Position numbers and translations under genes: made by a program
The notes under the pieces: model-generated
The model's input: the letters and a program-made list of their open reading frames with translations, nothing else
The model's database searches: none
What the model was told of the DNA's origin: nothing
Assembly (NCBI GenBank): GCA_965224245.1
Contig: OZ245046.1
Coordinates: 4,912,484 to 4,976,483 of the forward strand
DNA from: Candidatus Eiseniibacteriota bacterium
GTDB taxonomy: Bacteria; Eisenbacteria; RBG-16-71-46; CAZAMP01
Length of the DNA: 64,000 nucleotides
Reading direction: 5' to 3'
In this document: positions 39,431-48,599 of the stretch, piece by piece
Layout: every line of letters starts with the position of its first letter
Numbering within the stretch: position 1 is the stretch's first letter

Positions 39431-39742
39431 GTGAATTGGAACTCACTCCCCTGTGCGTTGATGGGTTGGACCTTTCGAGGCATTTGCGGCACGCAGAGAG
39501 CGGTACGCATGCTGCTCGCGCTCTTCATCGCAGGGTGGATCGCTGTCGACGCAGCGGCGTTACCAGCGGTCCCGAAGCCGACTTCCGATCACGTGCAGAT
39601 CATGAGCGACGGAGAGCCCTGGGATGACCCGGAGGAACATCGCTTCGGTGTAGGTGCTCTGCGTGAGGAGGTGCCATCCACTGGCCGCCGGTTGATACCA
39701 GCTGCCGACGACACCGAGATGAGCCAATCGAATGAACGCTGA
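39431..39742 (+). CDS. Hypothetical small protein upstream of the sigma54 activator, overlapping its start.
   Basis: ORF in a locally lower-GC region. One hydrophobic segment 'MLLALFIAGWIAVDAAALPA'. Weak support. Confidence 0.3.
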   Translation: MNWNSLPCALMGWTFRGICGTQRAVRMLLALFIAGWIAVDAAALPAVPKPTSDHVQIMSDGEPWDDPEEHRFGVGALREEVPSTGRRLIPAADDTEMSQSNER

Positions 39743-41939
39743 CCTCATTTCCATCGTTGCGTCTCGACATTCGCACTCGCCCACGGTCGCGACAGCTCTC
39801 GGGTGCGATAGACCGGGCGCAAGTCTCGCTGTTCAACACTCTCGCTTGATCGATCTGGTGCGGAAGCTACGAGATACCGGCGACATTGCCACCGCACAGG
39901 ACATCGCTGAACTCGTTCTTGAAACGAACGTAGCTACGCCGAAGCAGCGTGCAGATTGGTACATCGAACGATCGAAGCTGCGACGACGAGACGGCGACCT
40001 CTTCGGGGCCAGTGAGGAAGCAACGAAAGCTGCAGTTCTATTCGAGATGGAAGCGCTACCGGAGAGGACGTGTGAAGCCAACATCCTTCGTGGCGTTTGC
40101 TATGCCGCGATGGGGCAGTGGTCGTTGGCCGAGCAGATTCTGGCTAGAACCATGCACGCCGCGATCAAACTCAAAGTCGATTGGCTGACGAAGAGTGCCA
40201 GACTCAATCTGGCCATCACGCTCTACATGCGCGGTAACATCTACGAAGCGTTTGTGCATCATCGAGCCTTGCTGGCCGGACCGATGTCGGACAGACGAGA
40301 AGAGAACCTTCGAGTCGGACTTGCTCGCACAACTCGACTGCTCGGTTACTCAGCATCTGCGTTGAGGCAATGTCGTGCTCTCCTGGGCCGAAGGAAGTTC
40401 AAGGAGCAACGACGAACCGTCGCGCTGGCCAACGAAGTCCTCGGAGACTCCCTGATGGACTCCGGCCGACTCGCCCCTGCTATCCGCTCATTCAAAAAGT
40501 CCCTCAAGCTCGGCCTCCAAATCGCCCCCGAAGGCGACCTCGTCTGCGAAGCCTACCGCCGCCTCGCCGAAGCCCACCTCTCCGCCGGCGACCTCAAGAA
40601 GGCCCAGGCCGCCATCGACGCCGGCTACCCCCTCTGCGAGAAGACCCACGACGACCGTGAACGGGCCGCCTACCTCCGCGTCATGGGCGACCTCGCCCTG
40701 GTCAACGGCGAGACCGACGAGTCCGACAAGCGCTACGCCCAGTCGCTCCAGATCAGCGAATCGAGAGGCTTCCAGCTCGAACGCGCCATGACCCTCGAGA
40801 CCGCCGGCCGCGCCCACGTCGAGACGGGTCGCCCGGACACCGGTGTCGAGTTCCTCAAGCAGGCCGAGACCCTCTACGAGGAGATGCGCATCCCCCGGGG
40901 CGTCGCCCGCCTGCGCCGCGGCGAGACGCTCTTCGCCCGCCCGCTCCCCGATCCGAAGAGGACCCGGCGCACCGCCACGAGGAGCGTCACCGACGAGGAA
41001 GCCCGCTACTGGGAACGCTTCGGCATCTACACCCGCGACCCCACGTTGCTGCGCGCGCTCGACGAGGTGCGGGACGCCGCGCCGAGCCACCTCCCGATCC
41101 TGATCCTGGGCGAGAGCGGCGTGGGCAAGGAGCTCGTCGCCGCCGCGACCCACGCGCTCAGCGGCCGCGGCGGATCCCTCATCGACATCAACTGCCCGGC
41201 GATCCCCGAGACGATGCTGGAGAGCGAGCTGTTCGGGAGCGAGCGCGGTGCGTTCACTGGCGCCGAGACACGAGCGGGGCTCGTGGCCGAGGCGGATCGG
41301 GGCAGCCTCTTCCTGGACGAGATCGGCGACATGCCGAAGCCCCTGCAGGCGAAGCTCCTCCGGTTCCTGGAGACGTCGACGTATCGCCCGGTGGGCGGAC
41401 GGAAGTCGAGACGGGTGGACGTCCGCTTCATCAGCGCGACGAACGTGGATCTCGGACGGCGCGTCGACGACGGCACGTTCCGGAGCGATCTCTATCACCG
41501 CATCGCCGGACTCGTGGTCGAGATCCCGTCACTGCGACGGCGGCCGGACGACGTCGAGCTCCTGGCCCGACTGTTCCTGGCCCGCGGTCTCGGCGAGGAC
41601 GCCACGGTGGCGCCGACACTCGATCCGGCGGTGGTGCATCGCCTTCGCGAGTTCCCCTGGCGAGGCAACGTCCGCGAGCTGAAGAACACGATGGACGCGA
41701 CCGCGGTCAGGCTCCGAGGGCGGCACCGGGTCTCGATCGACCTCCTCCCCGCGTGGCTCCGCCGCCTCGATGGCAGCAAGACGTTTCGCGACATGACGAT
41801 CGACGAGGTCCTGCTGGAGATCGAACGCCGCGACGGGAACCTCCTCCAGACCGCGCGAGACCTCGGCATCAATCGATCGTCGCTCTACCGCCGCCTGGAG
41901 CGCGCCGGGATCGACGTGGCCCGGCTCCGCACGCACTGA
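39732..41939 (+). CDS. Sigma-54-dependent transcriptional activator (NtrC-family AAA+ enhancer-binding protein) with an N-terminal TPR-like sensor domain and a C-terminal Fis-type HTH.
   Basis: Walker A 'LILGESGVGKELVA'. GAFTGA loop 'ESELFGSERGAFTGAETR'. Walker B 'GSLFLDEIGDM'. Also 'GNVRELKNTMD'. C-terminal HTH 'GNLLQTARDLGINRSSLYRRL'. The N-terminal 380 aa are helical repeats. Confidence 0.85.
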   Translation: MNADLISIVASRHSHSPTVATALGCDRPGASLAVQHSRLIDLVRKLRDTGDIATAQDIAELVLETNVATPKQRADWYIERSKLRRRDGDLFGASEEATKAAVLFEMEALPERTCEANILRGVCYAAMGQWSLAEQILARTMHAAIKLKVDWLTKSARLNLAITLYMRGNIYEAFVHHRALLAGPMSDRREENLRVGLARTTRLLGYSASALRQCRALLGRRKFKEQRRTVALANEVLGDSLMDSGRLAPAIRSFKKSLKLGLQIAPEGDLVCEAYRRLAEAHLSAGDLKKAQAAIDAGYPLCEKTHDDRERAAYLRVMGDLALVNGETDESDKRYAQSLQISESRGFQLERAMTLETAGRAHVETGRPDTGVEFLKQAETLYEEMRIPRGVARLRRGETLFARPLPDPKRTRRTATRSVTDEEARYWERFGIYTRDPTLLRALDEVRDAAPSHLPILILGESGVGKELVAAATHALSGRGGSLIDINCPAIPETMLESELFGSERGAFTGAETRAGLVAEADRGSLFLDEIGDMPKPLQAKLLRFLETSTYRPVGGRKSRRVDVRFISATNVDLGRRVDDGTFRSDLYHRIAGLVVEIPSLRRRPDDVELLARLFLARGLGEDATVAPTLDPAVVHRLREFPWRGNVRELKNTMDATAVRLRGRHRVSIDLLPAWLRRLDGSKTFRDMTIDEVLLEIERRDGNLLQTARDLGINRSSLYRRLERAGIDVARLRTH

Positions 41940-41941
41940 CG

Positions 41942-42060
41942 CCCCCGACGCCCGCCCTCGAGCTCCCCGACATCCGCCTCCATTGCCCGACACTCGCCTC
42001 GAACACCCCGACACCCGCCTCGATTCCCCGACGCCCGCCTCGAACACCCCCGACACAACT
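41942..42060. repeat. Imperfect tandem repeat of a ~21-bp unit 'ccccgacac(c/t)cgcctcga(a/t)nn', about 5 copies.
   Basis: 'cccccgacgcccgccctcgagct ccccgacatccgcctccattg cccgacactcgcctcgaaca ccccgacacccgcctcgattc cccgacgcccgcctcgaaca cccccgacacaactgg'. It lies just downstream of the sigma54 activator and upstream of the DUF4157 gene. Confidence 0.7.
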
Positions 42061-42185
42061 GGCCCGCCGATCCCGTAAACTCGACGTACCCGGACGACGT
42101 CACCGCCGCCGTGCGCCGCGGATGCCGGCGACGCTCGCCCCCGGCTCGACACCGCCAAAACGCCGACGAGGCGACGGGAGGGGTC

Positions 42186-42842
42186 ATGGCAGGACCCGAG
42201 CTTCGACTGCCCACCTGGGAGCAGTTCCTCATCAACTACGGCAGCGCCACCGCATCCTGGGGCGCGCGGCTCACGAGCGATCAGAAGAAGCTCGCGAAGG
42301 AGATCTTCGGCGACTCGATCGACCTCACCCGGGTTCGGGTCCGGACCGGAGCGCTGCCCGGCATGGGCGGCGCCGCCGCGATGGTGCTCGGCAACACGGT
42401 CATCGTGGACCCGAAGTACGCGCTGAAGGGCGGGCTCCTGGCCCACGAGCTGACCCACGTCTGGCAGTACCAGACGACCGGCTCCAAGTACCTGAGCAAC
42501 GCGACCGTCCACCGATCCTATCGCGTGAAGATCGTCCGGGGCCGGCCCATCGGCGAGTACAACGCGGAGCAGCAGGCCACGATCGTCGAGAACTACTACT
42601 ACTGGCGCTACCTCAAGACGGTGTCGTCCGACTTCCGCGCCGACAATCCCAACATCAGGGGGACGATGAAGGAGGTCGATCGCCTGATGAACGAGATCCG
42701 TGGGCGGCGACCGCAGGCCGAGAGCACGCTCCAGCTCGATCTGAACCGGGCGATGACCGGAGCCGACTCGAGCTCGCTCCCGTCTCCGGCGGATCTGAGC
42801 GACTCGCCGAACCCGGTCTATCAGCTGGAGCTTCGGTTCTAG
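42186..42842 (+). CDS. DUF4157 (HExxH zinc-metallopeptidase-like) domain protein.
   Basis: 'FGDSIDLTRVRVRTGALPGMGGAAAMVLGNTVIVDPKYALKGGLLAHELTHVWQYQ' matches the DUF4157 pattern (FG.DLSRVRVHTG...A.T.GN.I.F......GR.LLAHELTHVVQ). Start ATG at 42186 preceded by 'GGGAGGGG'. Confidence 0.75.
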   Translation: MAGPELRLPTWEQFLINYGSATASWGARLTSDQKKLAKEIFGDSIDLTRVRVRTGALPGMGGAAAMVLGNTVIVDPKYALKGGLLAHELTHVWQYQTTGSKYLSNATVHRSYRVKIVRGRPIGEYNAEQQATIVENYYYWRYLKTVSSDFRADNPNIRGTMKEVDRLMNEIRGRRPQAESTLQLDLNRAMTGADSSSLPSPADLSDSPNPVYQLELRF

Positions 42843-42904
42843 CGAGTCTCGCCGAGAGGACGTCCGTTCCATCGATCCACGTCGAGCTGGAGGCGCTCTT
42901 CACG

Positions 42905-44317
42905 TCATGGGAGCACGGCTGACGCTCCTCCCGCGTTGTAGAACCGCCCCGAGATATCCTCGGCCACCTCGACCACGGCTCCGGACTCGAGATCGATCGA
43001 GAAGACATGGTCATTGCCGGAGATGGCGTAGAACGCGCGGCCCGTGTATGCGACCCCCGTACACCTTCGGGGAAGATCGGCGACGACGCTCGACGAACCG
43101 GTATCGGGATCGACGCGCAGGAGCGTCGACGCGCCGGCGATGATCGCGGCCACGTAGAGCTGGCCGTCGTGAGGCGAGAAGTCCAGATCGCCGCCGGGCG
43201 CGCCGGCGATGAATCCGATGAAACGCGTGGCGCCGGACTGGGGGTCGATCTCGAACAGACGCCCCACCGTGCTCGATCCGTCGACCTCGGCCGCGCCGAA
43301 CAGACGGCGATCGACGCTGAAGGCGAGGCTGTTCATGACGGCGCTCATCTCGCCGAGGCGGGTCATCACGGCCGTGGTCGGGTCGATCCGGTAGAGCCAA
43401 CCCTCGTCGTCACACCCGTAGAGTGCCGCGTCGGGTCCCGGCGACCATGCGATGTCGTACAGCCGCACGCCACGACCGCCGTAGCGCGCTCGCCCCAGCT
43501 CCGTGTACACGAATCCGGCAGCGGCATCGACGTATCCGACGTGGCTCGGTCGCAAGATGCTCGAGACCCAGATGAGGTCGGGTTCGGGCCACGGCAGCAC
43601 GTTCACCCGGCCGGTGCCGGAGACGCCGGCACGTACCTCGACGACCTCGAGCTCGGCCGATCCTGGCGCCGACGCTGTGATCCAGCCCTCTGCGTCGATG
43701 GTGACGACATCGTCGCCCGAGACCACGCGCCACTCGAGGGCGGATCCGGGTACCACGAACGCCTGTCCACGCGTGTCGGTCGAGGACACACTGACCGGAA
43801 AGCGATAGCCGACGGGGAGCCCCAGCGGATCGCCCTGCACCGTCAGGCTCGTGAGCGTCGAGACCAGCTCGAGTCGAGCGGTGAACAGCTCGCCCGGCGA
43901 GACGTCGAACGCGGTGGCACCCGACGCGACGGTCCCACCCTCTCCGTTGAGCAGCGTTCTCGCCACCCCCACGAGCTCATAGCGTCCCGCGGGGATGAGA
44001 TCCCGAAACCGGATCGTCTCGCTCGCCGCACCGTCGTCCGGCCGGTTGGCAACCAAGGAGTAGCGGACGTCCGGCCGGTCGGATCGGTGCATCTCGAGCG
44101 CGATACTCTCGGCATACGGCGGGATGTAGGCCATCCGTGCATCGCGAGCTCCGGACCACGTGATCGCGATCTCAACGGCGGAGCCGATCGGGGGCTCGGT
44201 GCCGACGACGTCGGGTGCCCGCTCGCACGCCGCGCTCGCAAGCAGGATCGTTGTCCACAGGGGGATCCGACCCCACCGGACGCACCCGTCGACCTTCGAG
44301 ACTTTAATCGACTTCAA
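42905..44317 (-). CDS. Lipoprotein with Ig-like and beta-propeller-like regions, unknown function.
   Basis: Lipoprotein signal 'WTTILLASAACERAPD'. A Big_2-like segment 'ALEWRVVSGDDVVTIDAEGWITASAPGSAELEVV' is followed by repeated beta-strand blades. Confidence 0.5.
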   Translation of the reverse strand: MKSIKVSKVDGCVRWGRIPLWTTILLASAACERAPDVVGTEPPIGSAVEIAITWSGARDARMAYIPPYAESIALEMHRSDRPDVRYSLVANRPDDGAASETIRFRDLIPAGRYELVGVARTLLNGEGGTVASGATAFDVSPGELFTARLELVSTLTSLTVQGDPLGLPVGYRFPVSVSSTDTRGQAFVVPGSALEWRVVSGDDVVTIDAEGWITASAPGSAELEVVEVRAGVSGTGRVNVLPWPEPDLIWVSSILRPSHVGYVDAAAGFVYTELGRARYGGRGVRLYDIAWSPGPDAALYGCDDEGWLYRIDPTTAVMTRLGEMSAVMNSLAFSVDRRLFGAAEVDGSSTVGRLFEIDPQSGATRFIGFIAGAPGGDLDFSPHDGQLYVAAIIAGASTLLRVDPDTGSSSVVADLPRRCTGVAYTGRAFYAISGNDHVFSIDLESGAVVEVAEDISGRFYNAGGASAVLP

Positions 44318-46163
44318 CGTTTCCTCCTCCGGAGACCCCGTCGTTCACGACGAGCTCGGGTAGCGAGTCGATGTCGGTGACGTCCATCGGTGCGTGACTC
44401 CACGCCGGCACGAAGCCCGGGGACGAGCACACCAGCTCCACGTCCGATATCGCCGGGAACGAGACCGTGTCGTCCCCCGGCTCGCGTCGGATCAGGAGCG
44501 CGAACGCCGTCGCCAGGAACGAGAGTGACTCGCCGTCGACCGCGGGGTCGACCGTGGACGGATTGCGCCGCCCGTGGTCGTAGAGCAACGCGGCGACGGC
44601 ATTCTCGAGGTCGTCGAACGTCCGGGGCAGAGGAGTGCCATCGCCGAGGCCGAGGAGCATCCTGGCATCCTCCACGCTCTGCTGGTCGAACGCCGGCGAG
44701 TCCTCGCTCGTGGGCGATCTGGGCGTGATACGTCGCGGGACGACGCCTGCGCGGCGAAGCTGATCACACTCCGCGATGTCGGCGTTCGTGACCGCACCCA
44801 CCTGCGTCGCGTCCGGCTGGCGTCCGTCGACCTCCATGCCATCGGCCAGCTCAACCAGCGATCGGTCGGTCTCGTCGGAGAAGACGCCCTCCTCCTCGCA
44901 GCGACCGATGGCGTCGCGGAGCGCGATCAGCTCGTTCACGTAGACGGCGCCGAAGACGGTTGCTCCCACGACCGACGGTGCCATCGCGACGGTACCGACG
45001 GCAGCGGCACCGGCGCCGAACCCGGTCCTGGCGAGGTCGAGGGCGCAGGCGGCACTGGGTGCCCAGCTCTCCACGCCGCGATAGAGGTCGTCGATGCCGC
45101 GGTCGATGATGAAGCCCAGCGTCAGGTCCTCGAGCACTTTGACGTCGAAGAACTTCGGCGCCCAGCGCGGATCGCTCAGGAGGGTGGCCAGCCCGTCCAG
45201 CGAGGAGGGAATGTCGCGCATCCACTCCTCGGGGACGTATCCAAAGACCTCGTCCGCGATGGTGCCCAGAAACGACGCGTCCAGCCGATGCGCGAAGTCG
45301 AGGACGTCGTCCCAGAACGACGACTCCTCCGGCGGACGGGATCGTGCCGTGGTTGAGAGCACGACTCCGAGCGGAAGCTCGGCCACGATTCGATCGACCC
45401 GAGATAGATACGACGCGACGTCGTCACCCGTGAGCTCGGAGTTGATCGGGAGGAGCGACGACGGACTTGGAGATCGACCCGTTCCCGCGGCCACACGGCG
45501 AACCCACGTGTTGAACACGTCCGAGTACACCACGTACGCGGCCACCTTCCCGATCTCGTCCTCCGAGCGCGCGATGGAGGCCGCCATCTCCCGGGCACCC
45601 GCGACCTGGTTGTAGCGGTAGAGGTCTCCCAGGACGCGCATCGCGTGAAACGTGCGCTCGAACATGGCGGCTGTCCACTGGGGGTTGTTCAGCGCGGCGC
45701 CGATCTCCTCCTCGTCCACCGCGAACTCGCTTCCCACGAACGAGAGGTCGTCCAGTCGGAGCGCGGTATCCAGGAGCCGGCCGTACATCTCGGCGAACCC
45801 CTGGAGCGCGACCGTCACCGTCTGGCCGAACGTGCGTAGCTCGTCGCCACCGCTCGTTCGGTGCTCGGCGAGCGCTGCGATCTCTGCAACGCCTGCGATC
45901 TCGGCGAGCTCGGGGATATGCGGCGAGGAGCCCGTCCACGCCTCGGTCACGAGCTGAACGGCGTTGCTGTACTGATCGATCCGAGCAGTGAGCGCCCGCT
46001 CGATGACCGGTCGATCGCGACCCGGCGTGCCGCTCCCGAGACTCTCGGGCTGGATCGGTGTGTTCTCGTGCGAGCAGCTCGCGAGGAGCAGCAGCGCCGG
46101 ACCGACGAGGTGCGCATGGTGTCGGCTCCCAGCGGCGCTCGCAGTGTGTCTCCGTCTCATCAT
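44304..46163 (-). CDS. Lipoprotein, largely alpha-helical, unknown function.
   Basis: Start at tandem ATG ATG (46163). Signal peptide 'MMRRRHTASAAGSRHHAHLVGPALLLLASCSHEN' with lipobox LLASC. The listed ORF's 141-aa N-terminal extension is Arg/Pro-rich, probably non-coding. Confidence 0.5.
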   Translation of the reverse strand: MMRRRHTASAAGSRHHAHLVGPALLLLASCSHENTPIQPESLGSGTPGRDRPVIERALTARIDQYSNAVQLVTEAWTGSSPHIPELAEIAGVAEIAALAEHRTSGGDELRTFGQTVTVALQGFAEMYGRLLDTALRLDDLSFVGSEFAVDEEEIGAALNNPQWTAAMFERTFHAMRVLGDLYRYNQVAGAREMAASIARSEDEIGKVAAYVVYSDVFNTWVRRVAAGTGRSPSPSSLLPINSELTGDDVASYLSRVDRIVAELPLGVVLSTTARSRPPEESSFWDDVLDFAHRLDASFLGTIADEVFGYVPEEWMRDIPSSLDGLATLLSDPRWAPKFFDVKVLEDLTLGFIIDRGIDDLYRGVESWAPSAACALDLARTGFGAGAAAVGTVAMAPSVVGATVFGAVYVNELIALRDAIGRCEEEGVFSDETDRSLVELADGMEVDGRQPDATQVGAVTNADIAECDQLRRAGVVPRRITPRSPTSEDSPAFDQQSVEDARMLLGLGDGTPLPRTFDDLENAVAALLYDHGRRNPSTVDPAVDGESLSFLATAFALLIRREPGDDTVSFPAISDVELVCSSPGFVPAWSHAPMDVTDIDSLPELVVNDGVSGGGNVEVD

Positions 46164-46281
46164 GTCTCCGTTTCCCGACGACCGGGCTTCGACGCCGAAC
46201 CCCGGACGCGACGACCGCGTCGCCCGGACCGTGTCCGGCCCGGGCGAGACGACCGCGTGCACGTGCGCGCGGCGGATTCCC

Positions 46282-48414
46282 TCATCGAATGACCAGGCGC
46301 GACGTCCGCGAGACCGAGTCGACGTCGACCCGCACGAAGTAAACGCCGGGACTCGCCAGGACACCGCCGCTGGTGCGTCCGTCCCATCGGATGTCGTGCC
46401 ATCCAGCGATGAGCACCCGGTCGGCCACGAGGGCGACGAGTCGGCCCTGCACGTCGTACACGGCGATGCGGACCGTGGCGGTCTCGGCGAGCGCCAGGCG
46501 AACCTGCGTTCCCGCGCGAGACGGATTGGGTCGCGGCGAATCCACGCTGGTGGCGTCGGGAGCCGGCGCGTGCTCGTCGGCGGCAACGATGCCGCCGGTC
46601 ATGGCCACGCTTCCGCAGCCGGTCAGGAGCAGGCAATCGAAGGCGCCGCCCTCGGCCGGTGGGGTGAATCGAACGGTCACCGTCAAGAAGTCGTCCGGAT
46701 CGATGATGTAGTCGCCGCCGCCCTCGACGATCTCGAACACGCTCGTGTCACAGGCCGCATCCAGCTCCACCCGTCCCGCGATCGGTGCGCCGCCGACGTT
46801 GTCGATGAAGATCGACTGCTCGTCGAACTCGCCCGGAAGGGCATCGAACTCCATCGTCGTGTCCGAGAGAACGCACTGCCCCGGCTGGACGCCCTCGCCG
46901 TACAGGAACACATCCTCGCAGCCGGTCTCGACGAAACAGCTGTAGAAGTCCTCGTCCACGGCGGTGAACCGGAGCGTGACCGTACGTGACTGTCCCGAGC
47001 TGAGTGCGTAGGCCCCCCCGCCCGAGACGATCTCGAAGCCCGCGTCGCACAGGCCGGGGTCGAGCTGGACGACGCCGGAGAGGATCCCTTCTGCGCCGTC
47101 GTTGCGGACGACGAACGACGACTCGGCGAGCTCGCCGATCACCACCGCGCCGAAGTCGATCTCGTCCGGTGTCGTCGAGCACGCCGGGTTCACGCCTGCG
47201 CCGTACACGTAGGGGCCGAGGCAATCCTCGTTTCCGAGCTCGATGTCGCAGTCGAAGAAGTCGGCGACCGTGGGGGCGAAGCGCACGGTCACGTTCCGGG
47301 TCTGACCCCGGGAGAGGCTGTAGGAGCCCGCCCCGCCCACGATGGTGAACTGACCGGTGTCGCAGCTACCGGTGGAGACGACGCCGGCCAGGACTCCGCC
47401 GCCGTCGTTTCGGACCGAGAACGACCACTCGGCGCTGGTGCCGGTGACGACGTTGCCGAAGTCGTGACTGCTGTCCCCGGTAACCGTGCACACCGGACCG
47501 ATGCCGTGGCCGTCGAGCTGGACGGCGAGGTCACGGATGCCGAGCGTCACGTCGCAGTAGTAGTAGTCGTCGTCGGGCGGGGCGAAGCGGACGACCACAT
47601 CCCGATACTGGCCGGGGCTCAACGTGTATGGACCCCCACCCGCCACGATGGAGAAGCCCGTGCATCCGGCGGCGAGGGCCACATTGCCGGAGATGGGATC
47701 GTCGCCGACCGACTGAATCCGGAACGACCGATCGACGGGCTCGTTCACGTAGACGCCGCCGTAGTGGATTGCGCTCTGATCCGGTACCGTGCGCGCTGTG
47801 CGTACGCGAAGCCGAACGGCGTTGATCCGCATCGTCGTGGTGTTGTCGTGTCGCTGGACGCCGATGTTCAGGTCGAAGAAGGGGTCGTCCGGATCGGCGT
47901 TCCAGTCCCACATCGACGTGAGATCGCTGAACGCCGCGGGGATGCGCCACCGGCAGATCGAGTTGTTCGTGAAGCTGTTCCCCGGATTCTGGACACCGAT
48001 GACGGTCTCGCCCCAGCGGATGCGGTTGTTGAAGCTGCCGCCGTCGGCCCCCGAGTAGCGGCCGTGCACGTTGAAGTGCACCCCGGTGATGACCTCGCCG
48101 TCCGCCAGCGAGAAATACGACCCGTCCAGGTGCCGGAAGTCCCCACAGAAGAGACGGCGCGTGCCGGACGCCACGGTGTTGTAGGCGGTCTCACCGTTCG
48201 AGCAAGGACAGTCCTGGCAACCCGGGTCGAAGCCGTACGCACCCGCGTGGTTCTGCCACTGATCGAAGTTGTCGTCGTTGTCGAACGAGTAGAGCTCGTA
48301 GATGGCACCGGCAGTGCCGGGCCACGTGAGAATGAGCAGCGCGAGCCAGAGAACCGGGACGAAAGGCGACAGATGCCGGAGACGCGACATGTGGCGGAAA
48401 CCGAGTCGTGACAT
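46282..48414 (-). CDS. Secreted protein with four ~90-aa ASH/'choice-of-anchor D'-like repeat domains and a FlgD-Ig/T9SS-type C-terminal domain.
   Basis: Signal peptide 'FVPVLWLALLILTWPGTAGA'. Repeats of the form 'FGxVVxGxxAExSFxVRNDGxGxLxGVV......FxIVxGGGxYxLSxGQxRxVTVRF'. C-terminus 'RPNPSRAGTQVRLALAETATVRIAVYDVQGRLVALV...IRWDGRTSGGVLASPGVYFVRV'. Confidence 0.65.
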   Translation of the reverse strand: MSRLGFRHMSRLRHLSPFVPVLWLALLILTWPGTAGAIYELYSFDNDDNFDQWQNHAGAYGFDPGCQDCPCSNGETAYNTVASGTRRLFCGDFRHLDGSYFSLADGEVITGVHFNVHGRYSGADGGSFNNRIRWGETVIGVQNPGNSFTNNSICRWRIPAAFSDLTSMWDWNADPDDPFFDLNIGVQRHDNTTTMRINAVRLRVRTARTVPDQSAIHYGGVYVNEPVDRSFRIQSVGDDPISGNVALAAGCTGFSIVAGGGPYTLSPGQYRDVVVRFAPPDDDYYYCDVTLGIRDLAVQLDGHGIGPVCTVTGDSSHDFGNVVTGTSAEWSFSVRNDGGGVLAGVVSTGSCDTGQFTIVGGAGSYSLSRGQTRNVTVRFAPTVADFFDCDIELGNEDCLGPYVYGAGVNPACSTTPDEIDFGAVVIGELAESSFVVRNDGAEGILSGVVQLDPGLCDAGFEIVSGGGAYALSSGQSRTVTLRFTAVDEDFYSCFVETGCEDVFLYGEGVQPGQCVLSDTTMEFDALPGEFDEQSIFIDNVGGAPIAGRVELDAACDTSVFEIVEGGGDYIIDPDDFLTVTVRFTPPAEGGAFDCLLLTGCGSVAMTGGIVAADEHAPAPDATSVDSPRPNPSRAGTQVRLALAETATVRIAVYDVQGRLVALVADRVLIAGWHDIRWDGRTSGGVLASPGVYFVRVDVDSVSRTSRLVIR

Positions 48415-48545
48415 GATCGATCCTCCTCGATGACGACCGTGAAATGACGCGATCCGATCGTGCGAGCGGGTCGAGCACGAGAACGGAGGCGCCCGCGTGA
48501 CGTCTGGGAGGTCGGTCGGGAGGCGGCAGCGTTACGTGCAGCCGC

Positions 48546-48599
48546 AATAAAAAGGGGAGCCCGACGGTGGATTCTCGGTGAGCGCTAGTCGGGGTCTCC
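48546..48599 (-). terminator. Rho-independent terminator candidate at the 3' end of the CHAT gene.
   Basis: On the minus strand the stem is 'GACCCCGAC'...'GTCGGGCTC' with one mismatch, followed by 'CCCTTTTTATT'. Confidence 0.45.

Noticed and set aside
42066-42086. Sigma54 -24/-12 promoter 'TGGCCCgccgaTCCCG' upstream of the DUF4157 gene.
   Set aside because: The -12 element (TCCC instead of TTGC) is too weak to call as a feature. It is mentioned only as a lead.
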